From: a virus
Reading direction: 5' to 3' (one strand)
IMG/VR virus record: IMGVR_UViG_3300050821_018050
Location: 64,001-128,000 of that record
DNA: 64,000 nucleotides
Shown: piece by piece, positions 41,601-52,847 of the stretch
Layout: every line of letters begins with the position of its first letter
Numbering within the stretch: position 1 is the stretch's first letter
The notes under the pieces: model-generated
The model's database searches: none
Told to the model about the DNA's origin: nothing
Seen by the model: the letters and a program-made list of their open reading frames with translations, nothing else
Made by a program: the position numbers and the translations under genes

Positions 41601-43456
41601 AAGGTTTCTACGACGTAGTAACCGTAGCGCCTCATTGGCTAGTTGATGCTAGTGCGGATATTTATTGGATCGCGATACGTCGTGATAATGGTTCATCCAA
41701 GTCGCGCATTTATACCCGCGCCTTAGAATTAGACTTAGGTGAAGTTCGGGTGATCGATAGTCCAGAACCAGCGAATCTTTTAGTGTACACTGGTGCAGGA
41801 TCAGATGCTGCGGTTAATCCAAATTATTCTGTAATCGATCAAACCGGCCAATACCAAGCCACTCAATCTGTACAAGTTGGATCTAATTCTACTGACATCG
41901 ACGTATTTAGCCGCCAAGTAACATTTATTTCCTCGCCTGATTTGGGATTCCAAGCAGGTGATTTGATCACAAAAACTGTAGGTTCTTCGAGCTACACTTA
42001 TGTAATCGATCATCTCGTGACTAATCTTACTGTTGTGATGTCTACTGACGTGTCCACTCTTTCACCAGGCGATTCCGTAGTTTATTCTCGTGTAGATTAT
42101 GTGGTTAGAGATCCTGACAATTTGACTTTAGGTATTCGCAAAGAAGATCGCGAATTAGCAAAAGTAAATACGGCTTTAACTAGACCGATCTACGACGAAA
42201 ATGTTTATTTGCAACAAATTAATTTAAATGCAGGTGGCGGAGCTGTTTTTATCAAGTCCGGCTCTTTCATTTATAAAGGCACTCAATCTTCTCCAACTGC
42301 TTTGGCTTGGGTACTTCATGGTACTTCGAACCAAACAGAGACGATCGAAGGCTTCAACATCGGCATGCCGGGAGGTAAATTCGGTGCCACTTCGATATTA
42401 GTTAATATCATCACAGGTTCATTTTTAGATGGCGACACAATTTTTCAAAACGGCGCTAGTTCGCTCTATACCGTTAATAATCCAGGTAACCCAGCTTTTG
42501 TATCTCCTGCTATCTTAGCCACAAGTAACGTAGAAATTGTTCTACCGCCAAATAAGCGCACACAAACAGTTGGCTCTAGTTATGTGGTATGGCCTACAAA
42601 TGCATCATACAAGGCATCTCTGGACAGTAACTTGGCCGGTGAAGAGCTTTTAGTAATTGCAAATGATTCAATTCGCCAAGCTAATTTAGATTATATTGAA
42701 ACTTACGGTGGACCTAAAGGTAAAATTGAGTTTGCTCGTGACTTACCAGCAAATACTCGCATGCGTTTTCGTTGTTTGCCTTCCTACGGTTCTGCTCTGA
42801 TTAAAACTTCCGGTGCGATCACTATGCAGTTAGCTTATGATGGCGGAAATATCGTATCAGTATTACCAGGCCGCCCCGCTTCTTATATCAGTGGCGATGG
42901 AATTACTACTTTCAATGTGACTGGCGATTTCCAAATGTCATCTTCTAATGTTGGTGGCGTTTCACTAAAAGGTTCTATCGACAGAGCTTTCAATGTGGGC
43001 ACGTCTGCATTACGAGCTAATCAAGTATGGGCTGCGATGCAAAACATCAAAACCAATACTGGATATACTGGATCACAAGCTACGCAATTCACTGCAGCAG
43101 GTACTTCGACCACAACCGCAGCCTTCATTATTCCTAACTCAAACATTACTCTTGTAACTGGTCAAGCCGCCAATATTGTAATAACAGGCGTCGCTCGCAG
43201 ATCTGAAGGAGTCACGCTTCCAACCACACCAGGCGCAGCTTCCTTCCGACTGGAAGGGTGTTTTTATAATAACGGGGCTACCGCAGCAGCCGGTTCTCCA
43301 TACAGTTTGATCGGTGGTGCATACGGCGATGGTATAAGCTATGCACTTACGTTCGGAGTCTCCGGTAACGATGTAGTCGCGGTTGCTTTCGGTGAGAATG
43401 CCGCTGTCGAATGGGCCATTAATATCGAAGTTCAGATGGTTTCTCTCCCTACTTAG
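38690..43456 (+). CDS. Large virion protein (baseplate / proximal tail fibre), 1588 aa
   Basis: Rich in Thr/Ser/Gly/Val beta-type sequence, with AHGLSVG/GHSLTTG/PHGY beta-barrel repeats. Strong SD AAGGAG. It follows the J- and I-like genes in module order. Confidence 0.7.
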   Translation: MSVKRRLKVISGQRLDTPHLRSVESSVANDFDSAMRGLVTGLNTPYLIRGFNIIIPTSAIPASSLQVQVSDSAILHSTAAEAGTILSVPAGTVNDILSSSSANVLGAFQNGVPNYVSLAYVRQTDQSTVDNVQVWSQSQQSEFSRIAPIGDVLSYQYVISTSGFSTNLPLYIVGTTNTGAVSYITKAVPSLFRLGRGGAVPDPYYSFDYHSQENTTQSPTDPRREWINGNTSVTPNPVTVSPGDPPAAFLYGDFNISSMKEWMDAMMTRFKEITGSTYWYTDAALPASSPSLFNTWYDSVGSVLTGTGNMSYNLVLETSAPSYGEYESSFTDPEINVGDSYITGVTSGNQATISAFNGNQLIINSLLKSGFIPNEVLYNRRIYRPDLTKYSLTSTAQGSNTIAILQRTALNSNPDIPISSWSFAPLGASATATDITVNFTSAHGLSVGNYVEFRSMDIASEAPNGVYMIKSVPSTTQVIYSTSYRPSGTPGVIGGSTVARLDIKVKHPYMPEFSVESWSYTGTAISLIAPGHSLTTGETVVVYGLVSTTNAPNGRFTITVNPDQSINFTAGATPTGPATVSGATVLPDLVTFLLTVDGATPTDYNLVNTLATAASDTDLVYTIGPSSLPSIPAASGAITLDGVVAISSVIDPAIVNSIAYDAAPVTATGSIVINTTTVTIPSTAIIAPNMTVSGTGIQAGSIVANIIDSTHFALNLNATATNASVALTFTSPSLLVTTASPHGYNTIAGPIDFTIYGNPALSPYITTYTNVSIIYDSPTTFQIVGNSITNQGTYTNSGFDQTYARFPNNPYAGPLQWTSDMIVKGIIGDKYIKIPQSATATGTPLANKFNINGLTGTAYLQNGEVAYVLMERNQLLSAGATYTTIGGSAAVVGSTVPTYVGGTVLCVGDFVKWEDESETQWLRVSNEGYPSLNDGDQLPSNATTFYLITDSGQPPTLAQRPAKAGRMVYTKGFYDVVTVAPHWLVDASADIYWIAIRRDNGSSKSRIYTRALELDLGEVRVIDSPEPANLLVYTGAGSDAAVNPNYSVIDQTGQYQATQSVQVGSNSTDIDVFSRQVTFISSPDLGFQAGDLITKTVGSSSYTYVIDHLVTNLTVVMSTDVSTLSPGDSVVYSRVDYVVRDPDNLTLGIRKEDRELAKVNTALTRPIYDENVYLQQINLNAGGGAVFIKSGSFIYKGTQSSPTALAWVLHGTSNQTETIEGFNIGMPGGKFGATSILVNIITGSFLDGDTIFQNGASSLYTVNNPGNPAFVSPAILATSNVEIVLPPNKRTQTVGSSYVVWPTNASYKASLDSNLAGEELLVIANDSIRQANLDYIETYGGPKGKIEFARDLPANTRMRFRCLPSYGSALIKTSGAITMQLAYDGGNIVSVLPGRPASYISGDGITTFNVTGDFQMSSSNVGGVSLKGSIDRAFNVGTSALRANQVWAAMQNIKTNTGYTGSQATQFTAAGTSTTTAAFIIPNSNITLVTGQAANIVITGVARRSEGVTLPTTPGAASFRLEGCFYNNGATAAAGSPYSLIGGAYGDGISYALTFGVSGNDVVAVAFGENAAVEWAINIEVQMVSLPT

Positions 43457-44238
43457 TATCAATTTCAAACTTCCAACTGTAGCGCCCTATAATTCCGTTT
43501 GCTTTTTGCCAAACAATTAAATTCCACCACTTTACGTACTCGAATAGATCCCCGGATCGTTTATTCCACTCATAATTACTTATCATATAATCCAAAATTC
43601 GCCGTTGCTGGTGGTCTGATTTCACGTAAACTTACGATTATTTTAATGGTACCATTGTAAAACTCAAGCCAATTAAAATCTGTTTTATCGAAATTAATAT
43701 TACCAGTTCGTTGTGACCATTTTACTGTATGTCCGACTATAGAGTATTTTTTCATTTCGTAAAATTTATATAAATTGTTCGACACCAGTCATCGATTACA
43801 TGTGGCCTTAATTTGTGTTTATCCCAGACACTCGGGCCATGCTGTAACCAACGATATGTAGCTCTGCCATTATAGATGATCATTTTTTGAATGCCACTCG
43901 ATTACAGATGCTGCGTAAAACATCACCGAAGCCAGAGCTGATAGCCAACCCGTAAGTCCACCGGAAATAATTCCACAAGCGCACCAAATCATGCAGGCCG
44001 TTAATCTGATTCGTAAAATATTAATTGGCCGCATATTTTTTTACCCTTGTATTTTCTTTAGTAGACAAATAATTTAAATTTTTATCCCACAATTCAATTC
44101 TGTATAATCGTGCAGTCCCAGACCGTGATTTTGTTAAACTTCCTGGTGCATGCGAGCAATAGAGCATGTCAGCATACTGGAATTTAATATCCATTTCGTC
44201 TGTAGGGGCATCTAATTGTGAATAATATTTGGGTCTTT

Positions 44239-44493
44239 TCATTTTTTAATACCCAGAACTTTTAAAAATTCTTCAATTCCATCTCCACTAAATTTAGTCT
44301 TCATGTGAATAAAAGTTCCGGTTGAAGGCCAGTAATCATACTGTCTGCACCGAATATGGTAATCATTTATCCATCGAAATTTAATATTATTTTTTTCAAG
44401 CTGCGCAACTGCATTAGCTTTTCGTTTTTCGTTTTTATTGCGCAAATATTGTTTATGTTCTCTCCATTCATCGCCAATATCAGTCATTTCCAC
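44239..44493 (-). CDS. Hypothetical phage protein, 84 aa (YDYWPSTGTF motif)
   Basis: ORF track. Confidence 0.65.
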   Translation of the reverse strand: MEMTDIGDEWREHKQYLRNKNEKRKANAVAQLEKNNIKFRWINDYHIRCRQYDYWPSTGTFIHMKTKFSGDGIEEFLKVLGIKK

Positions 44494-44829
44494 TCCAATT
44501 CAAACGATACTGTATAAATACCGTCATCTATATGCCAATGCATGTAATGCCATTGATGCCATCTATAAAACATTATTTATGTAACCAGTGCCTATACAAA
44601 AGATTATCGTCCGCTCGCCATGACCATGGACTATATTGACCACTGGTGATACCATTTTCCTCATAGAATTGCGACAAAAAGTGTCTATAGTGTTTTCCAG
44701 ATGGATCTTTGTTTAAACTAAAAACAAATTCAACTTTCATATTATGGTTGAATGAAAATTCCAATTAGTAGAGAGATCCCAACAACCAAAATGATACCTA
44801 AAACGAATAAACTTGCCTTTTTCAGCATA

Positions 44830-45165
44830 TTACACCACTGTTTCGCGATAAGCCGCAATCAATCGTTCTTTTAAAGCGATTTCAGAAGGTGATCCAACAA
44901 GCTCATTCGAAGTTAAATCTCGACCTAACGCTTGAGAGACCGCGAAGGTGCTGGTAACGCCCAGATAAGCATATCCGCCTCCTGGCCCCCGCTTAACGAG
45001 TACCAGATTGGCAACCTTAAGCTTGCGCATCGTTTGTTCAACGAATGCCACGGTAGAGTCAACGCCCTTAGCCAGTTGCTCGCAGGTTAAATACCCGGCA
45101 CCTTCAGCTTGTTTTAAGATTTGTAACGATCGTACTGCAATTTCGAACTGTCTATTTAATTTCAT
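44830..45165 (-). CDS. Rrf2-family (IscR/NsrR/CymR-like) winged-helix regulator, leaderless
   Basis: MKL...AVRSL...LTCEQLA...FVEQTMRKLKVANLVLVKRGPGGGYAY matches the Rrf2 signature LxxxxLVxxxRGxxGGY. Confidence 0.85.
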   Translation of the reverse strand: MKLNRQFEIAVRSLQILKQAEGAGYLTCEQLAKGVDSTVAFVEQTMRKLKVANLVLVKRGPGGGYAYLGVTSTFAVSQALGRDLTSNELVGSPSEIALKERLIAAYRETVV

Positions 45166-45171
45166 ATTACC

Positions 45172-45200
45172 AGCATCTCATGGTTTTTGGGGATAGTCAA
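45172..45200 (-). promoter_or_regulatory. sigma70-type promoter TTGACT-17-(TGa)GATGCT (leaderless, Rrf2 gene)
   Basis: 17-bp spacer, ATG 6 nt downstream; the -10 box is weaker. Confidence 0.6.
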
Positions 45201-45798
45201 CTACTTTTTTAAAACTCAAACGTAAAATATTGTCCAAAGGCTTGTTTAGGGAGAGTCCATAATAGTAAGTGCCTAATTTTAAATCGATTAAATTCAAGTA
45301 CTGGATAATAGTCGAGGTATGAACAATATTTGTTTAATCCAACACTATCAGTACCGATATATTCGTATTTAAAATCCATGATTAATAATTTATCCAAAAC
45401 GTGATATACGCATTACTATGCTGTGGTTCCATAGCTTTGCTACCAATATACATAATAGGCCATTTTTTAACTTCTGGGTATTTAGAGATTTCACGGCCAA
45501 TTCCCGAGCCCAACTCTTTGACCCCGTGCCACCTATAAAGTATTTTAATGTTCATTTATATCTCAACATACTCGGACGCCAAAAATCGGTAAGGGTGGTA
45601 ATATAAATGGATACCCCATCCCCAAAATTATTAACTCTAATTCTGTAGAAGAAATCTTGACGATCATCGGCAAGAAAATATGCGGGCACCCAATAATGTT
45701 TTTTCATAGTTTAAGTTCAAACATGTAACTGTGGGACCAATGCTCAGTCGCCGGTCCCACATGGTAAATTGCCACTAATCGAATCCATTCATAATTCA

Positions 45799-46041
45799 TT
45801 AATAATCTTTAGTTACTTGCCAAAAGATGCCAATTAAAAATGTAGTCAAAAGTGCCGTTAGATAAAAACTGTATGGGTGAGCGATAGAGGGAAGCAAATA
45901 AGTCACAATTAAGACACTTAAGGCAATCGAAAGACCCAAAAACGCTACAAATAATACAGAAGTGAGCAATAGTATGCCTATATATAAAAGCATAATAAAG
46001 CCACTATAGAAAATATTCTGAACAAAGCGTAATATTGACAT
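45799..46041 (-). CDS. Small hydrophobic membrane protein, leaderless
   Basis: Almost wholly hydrophobic; ATG is 6 nt after TACTAT. Confidence 0.7.
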   Translation of the reverse strand: MSILRFVQNIFYSGFIMLLYIGILLLTSVLFVAFLGLSIALSVLIVTYLLPSIAHPYSFYLTALLTTFLIGIFWQVTKDY

Positions 46042-46047
46042 TCTTTA

Positions 46048-46076
46048 ATAGTAATATAATTTTTGCATGAAGTCAA
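46048..46076 (-). promoter_or_regulatory. sigma70-type promoter TTGACT-17-TACTAT (leaderless)
   Basis: Reverse complement reads TTGACT tcatgcaaaaattatat TACTAT taaaga ATG. Confidence 0.75.
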
Positions 46077-48662
46077 ATGTTTTCGAATGACAAATAGCGC
46101 ACCGGTCGAAATAAAAGGTTACTTTTAAATCTTTTTCATCAACTATATGTAATACTTGTTCAAATATGCTACATTTTGAGCAGTGCTGGTGGGTTATTGA
46201 ACCTCGCCGAAATGTATATTTCATTTCCAGTCCCGATCATCGATATAGTCCATTTGAAAATCCCAAGTAAGCATTACTCCATCCTTGGTGGGTCCCATTA
46301 CCCATTTATATGGTGACCCAATGCCATAACCCCAAACATACTGGGCTCCAGTAATGGTCGTGATTTTGTTCATTATCCGAATCCCGCGCAGTTCTTGCGG
46401 TGGAGATGCGCCCATAAGGCAAACATATACAGATTTCCCTTGCCTTGGATTTCAATTATTTCTTTGTAAACTCTTCTTTCAAAATCCGTCATGGCTCCCA
46501 CACAATTAGTATTTTTACTTTGTCAATATGCTTGCCGCCGCTTTGCACATATTTATAACAGTTCCCTAGTGGTCGTCCAGTCATGATAATGTCAATTATA
46601 CTATCTACGGTATTTTCCGTAGTCCACAAATAAATCTGCTTCACGACAAAAATTCCATCGTAAACCAATTATGTGATTTAATATTATTTTGATCAAAATA
46701 AATCAATTGAGTCCAATGGTTATAACCATTTTTATTTTGCTGAACCATAGTCACAAATACTGGGCTAAATGCGTATTTCATTCGTCCTTTCCTCCAAAAT
46801 AAACAAAATCAAAAATCACTTTCTTTTTAGAAGATTCGTACACTCTAATGTAGGCATGTCGTCCATATTGATTGGCCCCAGCCCTTTGAGAAAATACTAT
46901 GCTCCAGGCGTAATTGTCACTCATCGAACGATTCCTCGCTAAATGATTCTGTAAGGGTAAGCCTACAAGCACTGTAAAATCCGCCTGATCTGTAAATCTC
47001 TAATACAAATCCCTGTATTGTCCATCCATATTCATACCATTTATAATTCATAATTACGGCAGATCCATGCTATCTATATAAACTTCCCACTGCGTACCGA
47101 ATTTTTCTATGGGGTAAATTACTGACCGAAACCTATAAACATAATAATAATGCCCAATAATATTACCATATTGCCACGTACCTTCTCTAACCCAATTCAT
47201 TTTTTATCCTCATTGGCAATTTTGTCCAAATAATTTAATCTGCTGGAAGTTAAACGTTGGTACCGCCACCACCAAAGCCTTAGACGAGTATAGAAACTGA
47301 TTTTCATTTTGATTAATTGGCCCATTTTAATGAATATCTATCTGAATTACATTTGTTTTAACGTTATCATATACTCTGAAACTTGTCCAGTTGTTTATAT
47401 TTAATATGGGGTTCCGCTGCCAGACTTCATAGCCTTGATGCGCATTTATAAGTTTACCGTATACCGTCATTCCATCCCAATTAATTTGCATAATTAACCA
47501 AAATCCTAATGTAGAGCTTGGCTAATGTATAAGTAAACGGGATATATTCTCCGCTTACTAAATCCAGATATGGTCCATTTGGCATCCAAGTGTATTTCAT
47601 CGGAATAATAACCAAGTAAAAAATATCGCTAAAATACCAAAAATTACTGCCAAAATAACTGCTGCATAAAAAAGATGGTCAAAATCGTGATCAAAATTTG
47701 GAAGTTCACGATGAACAAATCTAATCAAGCATTTTTTGTCGCTAACAAAAGATTGATGATAACCTCTTTCCCATTCATAATTTTTCACGCCAGGGTACCC
47801 ATGCCTTTAATCATAGCATGCACTTTAGGAAACTTTTCGGCATACAGCTTTAAGTCCGCCAAGAGATGTTTATAGTTCTTTTCAGCCCTAGCTAGCTGAA
47901 CTATTTGCATCAACAAAATAAACCCGTCATCCTCATTAAGCGGCTTTGTCGTATCCGTAGAAGATAAAGGTGAATCTAAGGCTGGAGGTCCAATCAGAGA
48001 TAACGTAAGTGTCTTCATAGTGGTATAAGTCCCATTCATAATTTTTATTTTTAACTAATCTAACCATTTAAATACCCAATAATTGCAATACAATAAAGGA
48101 GAGCGCCTACAAAAAAGAACTACTGATTCCTTTTGGACGCTACTCCATGCATAATCTTTATTCAAAATATTTCACCATAAACTCAATACCATCAAATATT
48201 GTTGATCGAACAAAAATCACACGGACGGTTTGCACATCTGCAGCATAAACCTTAGACCAATAGTATTGGGCATCTAAATGGAAAAAATTATCATTCGTCT
48301 TCAATTTCGAACTCCACTATATATAGGCCATCAAATTCCGTGACCTGCAATGCGCGAAAATCTTCCATGTGATCGGCGATAATTTTTACTTCACTATTAT
48401 CAAACGGCATGCAATCGTAAAAATGAGTCCCTGACCATAAAAATTTCATTAGTATCCCAAATAGCCATCTTCCATGGCGCACGTCAAGGAATACCACTCG
48501 TCCATCGCATTCGCGGAAGTCTTCCCCGGCACTATGATCAATTCAATGACATAACCAGAAACCCATAAGTCGCCCCGCATATACTCCTGATACGAATTAC
48601 AGAAATCCACGGTAAATGACCCATCATTAAAAGGTATTGTGTTGTGGTAATACTTGAGTTTT

Positions 48663-49259
48663 TTAAGCGCCGCCATATTTACTTAATTTTTTAAGCGTCT
48701 TTTCGTAGTGCTTAATTTTTGTTTCAATTGCTAAGATTTTGCTGCACTCATATTCTGATAATTCATCCTGCAGACCTTTTGGAGATTTTTTAAAATTCAC
48801 CATCATTAAACCGCTAAAATCCAGATCATGTTTGGCACGCCATAATTTCTCTCGAACGCGATCGTATTTAATGTTTTCCACATTATCGTATTTTCCTAGT
48901 TTGCGATCCCATTTTGTTCCTCCCCACCCTTGATTGGGGTCCCTGGCAGAAACGGTTTTGGGCACACTTTTAAAGCATTTTCGATGTACGGCTGCGATAC
49001 CAGTATTGATTTTCTCCCGAAACATTAAATCGCAGACCTTACTCCAGTCAAGCTTCCACTCACGACTTTGGCGTAAATCTTTTCGACCATCTTCGCGAGT
49101 ACCGTTGATAAATACTCGGCCATAACTATTGTATGGGCCGTGCATCTCATCGATAACTTTGCCAGCTTTGAGTAGGTACAGGCTTACATTTTGTCCGCTA
49201 AATGAGCTAGATTCAATTCCATCACCACACTCCACGCACTTAAAACTAAAACAACCCAT
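48663..49259 (-). CDS. Hypothetical protein, 198 aa (MGCFSFKCVECG...HRKC, possible Zn site)
   Basis: ORF track; SD AAGGAG; CxxC and HxxC motifs. Confidence 0.75.
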   Translation of the reverse strand: MGCFSFKCVECGDGIESSSFSGQNVSLYLLKAGKVIDEMHGPYNSYGRVFINGTREDGRKDLRQSREWKLDWSKVCDLMFREKINTGIAAVHRKCFKSVPKTVSARDPNQGWGGTKWDRKLGKYDNVENIKYDRVREKLWRAKHDLDFSGLMMVNFKKSPKGLQDELSEYECSKILAIETKIKHYEKTLKKLSKYGGA

Positions 49260-49368
49260 AAATTCTCCTTATCCGATTAATTTGAGGAACCCGATTACGG
49301 CGATCACAACTAACGCTACACTCACAATGAATTTAGTATCAAAACCAAACATAATTTACCTCTAAGCT

Positions 49369-49397
49369 AGTATAGGCCATTCGGCACTTATTGTAAA
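49369..49397 (-). promoter_or_regulatory. sigma70-type promoter TTTACA-17-TATACT with short SD (GAGGT) leader
   Basis: Reverse complement of 49350-49397 reads TTTACA ataagtgccgaatggcc TATACT agcttaGAGGTaaatt ATG. Confidence 0.75.
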
Positions 49398-50420
49398 GTA
49401 AATAGTGATAATTTTTGTTTCCAAATGATTACCTACGGTTATAACGCTATAATAACCGGACATGTCAATGTCTTTTTCCCAATAATTACGAAAATATTGG
49501 TAGTTATGAAATTGTGTCTTACATGGAGTAAATGACCTCACAAAAAACCTACCGTAGATTCAAACTCAAACGAGTAAACGGTCTGATAATTAAAAATATT
49601 TCCATTGTAGACATACAATTCGCCGCTAAACCCATAGTCCCAATTATAAATCCATTTATTATCTTTCAAGGGTAAATCCCCATTCTATAAGCTTGTAGCA
49701 ATCCCAACATGTCACATAGCATACATCGCCATAAAATTCATCCGAAAGCTCCTCTAAATGAAAAAGTTCCCAGGCAGTCCCGCTATCAGCAATTTCCCAC
49801 AAATAATCATTATTCACGACGATTAATCTCTACGTTGACAGTTATCCATTGTAACTTAATCAAATGAGCTGTATACTGATGGGTGGCATCATTGATGTAA
49901 TCAAAATAGCGGTACTCGATTTCATCTTTAACGTGTTTATTATAAAGATATCCGTTTTCCTCATCTCGCACGTAAATACTATTTTGATGCATGACGAGGC
50001 GATCATAATTTTTATTTAACATCAATCTTCCATTTCCGCCATCGCGCATGCTCCTGATCAGATACATGCCATTCCACTATGCGATATTTTCTATCAGGCC
50101 ACCACGTAACGTTTCTCATATTAAAATGATCGGACCAGGCGCAGCCCCATTTATAAATAAGCACTTTTTTCTCGATTTAAATAATATGCAGCTTTGTGAT
50201 CATAAAAAATGAAATTAAATCTAACTACGTAATCCGCTGCCATAGAAATCTGTTTAGAGTCCCACTCTGTCCAGTAAATTCTATTCCCGTAATATCTTTT
50301 AAATTTCATTTTTTATAAATTCTCCATTATCGAGAATAAATACCCATTTACTTTTATAGGGTTCATATTCCACAAGTAAACAAAAGTTCAATGACCATTG
50401 GTTCCAATAGTATTTGTTTT

Positions 50421-50567
50421 TCATATTTTTGTCAACTCGAACGCATAAAAGTAATCACTGCCACTTTGATCCATAACTAGGCCATCGTATACCCATGGCA
50501 TATTTTTCGGGAATTTCCAGGTATTGACATGCGTTAAAGTAAACAGCCCCTTCCATTGATAATTCAT
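50421..50567 (-). CDS. Micro-protein, 48 aa (MNYQWKGLF...YFYAFELTKI)
   Basis: Hand-translated. Confidence 0.55.
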   Translation of the reverse strand: MNYQWKGLFTLTHVNTWKFPKNMPWVYDGLVMDQSGSDYFYAFELTKI

Positions 50568-50571
50568 TTGA

Positions 50572-50709
50572 TTAATTTTCGTCCTCTACGTATCCTTCTA
50601 ATGGTTCTACAAATTCAAAATGATACCAATATTTAGTGTTACCCCAGACAGGCGATTTTTCGAATACATACCAGAAACTTGGACTAAAGTCTTGCCACCA
50701 GTATTCCAT
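50572..50709 (-). CDS. Micro-protein, 45 aa (MEYWWQDF...WYHFEFVEP...)
   Basis: Hand-translated; TAATG overlap. Confidence 0.55.
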   Translation of the reverse strand: MEYWWQDFSPSFWYVFEKSPVWGNTKYWYHFEFVEPLEGYVEDEN

Positions 50710-50840
50710 TATTGCTCCCAAGGCTCGCTCATCGTAAATTGAAAAGCGATATCGGACATCATTGTGTCTTCATCTATTTTGTATAAATCTGAGTGAAGGT
50801 ATATTACTAGGTACCCAGGGAACCAGCCATAATTTTTCAT
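50709..50840 (-). CDS. Micro-protein, 43 aa (MKNYGWFPG...IAFQFTMSEPWEQ)
   Basis: Hand-translated. Confidence 0.55.
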   Translation of the reverse strand: MKNYGWFPGYLVIYLHSDLYKIDEDTMMSDIAFQFTMSEPWEQ

Positions 50841-51897
50841 AGAGTTTCCGCTACAATCACCTGAATATCTATATAAACGCTATGCCCATCGTAATGTTCT
50901 GATGCTTGATAAAACCAACCATAAGGAATTCTATCGATGTACCAAGTATATTCGCTAAGCAGTGAATTCATCGATTTGAACTCTTTCTACGAACACAGTT
51001 AAATAAATCCCAATACCATAGAATTCTAGTACGCGCCATACCCCATGTTCTTTTGGAGAACTCGGGGAGTAACCACTATAAGTTTTGTATGACCAAGCAC
51101 TACGATAATTATTCACTTATAACCATATTTCGAATTTACCCGAACAGTGGCACCATTCACTGATAACCCATACCCTTACCCATTCTGAATTATCTTTTAA
51201 TTCGCCAGGCGGCCATAATCTGATTTCTCCGTTAATTTTCCAATTATTCATTTGCCGTAACCCACCTCAAACCTGAATTCACGATCTCCAGGCCTGAGAG
51301 CATTAAGCGGTGATTCGGTTATGGCAACCCAATCACAAGACATAAAGGTTGGTAATCTAGTTTGGCTCAGCCACCCACTAATCTTATTATCTGCCCCGCT
51401 TGGACCATCACACCATCCGGCCAAATAAGAATAAGGTTTCATACTTAACAATCATCGCCATCTATAAAATTTTGAATCAAATCATGCAAATATTTTTTCC
51501 AGCTACCTAAAACTCCAGAAATACCTAAAATACTAACTCCCGCTGTCGAGATGGCTATTCCAATAAAAGTTAATGACAGATAAGTTAAAAATAGGGGCAG
51601 CCCTACCAACAAAGCCACTAAGATCCCGATCGTTGCTCTCACATAAATTTTGATGTTTTTAAGAAGCATTATTTTCTCCACCAAGGCAGTTTTGCTTGGA
51701 GATCCCGAATTTGATCTTGTGCTTCCCTAAGCTGTTTCGTTAGCCACATATTTTGTGACGCCAATTCGTGGCACCGAATTTCCCATCGTTTAATGGCATG
51801 AGCCATTTTTCTCAAATGACTTCTACGACTCAAAGCCCGCTGTTCTTTGTGCTTTTTATTAAGCTCTGCGTGAGTAAGCTTATCTTCAGATTTTTCA

Positions 51898-52329
51898 TTA
51901 GGTTTTGGCTTTAGCATTGATCGGAACCTTCTTCTCTACTAGAGACTGTTTATTCGTATCTTGTAATTGGATGACAATATTTTTAACATACTCTGGAGAA
52001 TCGAGATTTTCATAAAGATCTGGAATATTAACGCCAAATCGTTTTAATGCATAATATGCACCTCTATCTGCACGCATAAATTTTGAAGCGGTCTCATGTG
52101 TAAAAACCTTCATTAGTGCAGTAGAATAATCCAAAGTTTTAATAATATAGGTGTTTTTTTTACTGGAAGGAACCATGTGTTGACAAAATTCATCAAGCTT
52201 TCCCCTAGAATAGGCTGCTGTGTAACTATTAACATGTTTTTTCTGCCATTCGCTTCGACTATTATATTTTAATGCTATCTTATGTATTTCGGCATCCGGC
52301 CAACATTTATACTGTTGTCTTTTTTTCAT
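51898..52329 (-). CDS. Protein with W-KY-W-AY-G-CxHM repeat (homing endonuclease DNA-binding type) but no nuclease
   Basis: WPDAEIHKIALKYNSRSEWQKKHVNSYTAAYSRGKLDEFCQHM aligns with the repeats of 15474 and 37968. Confidence 0.65.
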   Translation of the reverse strand: MKKRQQYKCWPDAEIHKIALKYNSRSEWQKKHVNSYTAAYSRGKLDEFCQHMVPSSKKNTYIIKTLDYSTALMKVFTHETASKFMRADRGAYYALKRFGVNIPDLYENLDSPEYVKNIVIQLQDTNKQSLVEKKVPINAKAKT

Positions 52330-52586
52330 TTTTTAGCGCCCTTCTTTTTGGATTTTTTCGCTAATGTTAATTTTCTTTTTAATTCTAAGTTTTCGTTAAA
52401 AAGTCGATCGACTTCATTCGTTAAGTCATAACGTATTCGACGTAAGGCGGAGGTGCGTAAACGATAATATAATTTCCAATCAGTGTTATACTGAACCGAT
52501 TTTTCTAATTTTTTAAATTCACTAAATAATAAGTGAATTACGTAAGCCCCCGATAACCCCAGCAATGTATATAAAACGATTTCCAT
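52326..52586 (-). CDS. N-terminal TM plus coiled-coil protein with basic tail
   Basis: MEIVLYTLLGLSGAYVIHLLF, heptad-like region, KKSKKKGAKK. Confidence 0.65.
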   Translation of the reverse strand: MEIVLYTLLGLSGAYVIHLLFSEFKKLEKSVQYNTDWKLYYRLRTSALRRIRYDLTNEVDRLFNENLELKRKLTLAKKSKKKGAKK

Positions 52587-52847
52587 ATTTTCTCCATTTA
52601 TAATGCGGTTAATTCCGCAAGACTGTTAAAATTTCTCTTGCAAAAATACCCACGCCGAAGCCAAATATGCCTATCATCCAAAAAGCAATAATGACTATAC
52701 CCGCAGCTCTTTGCCGAGTCGGACTTTTAATAAATGATGTTTGTCCATCGCTTGATGGTCGAAGAGGTTGCGGCCTTCCATTTGTTTGCAATTTACGAGT
52801 GGGACAGCTCGTTTTATGGTAATCTTCGGTGCATCCACAAGGAAAAA

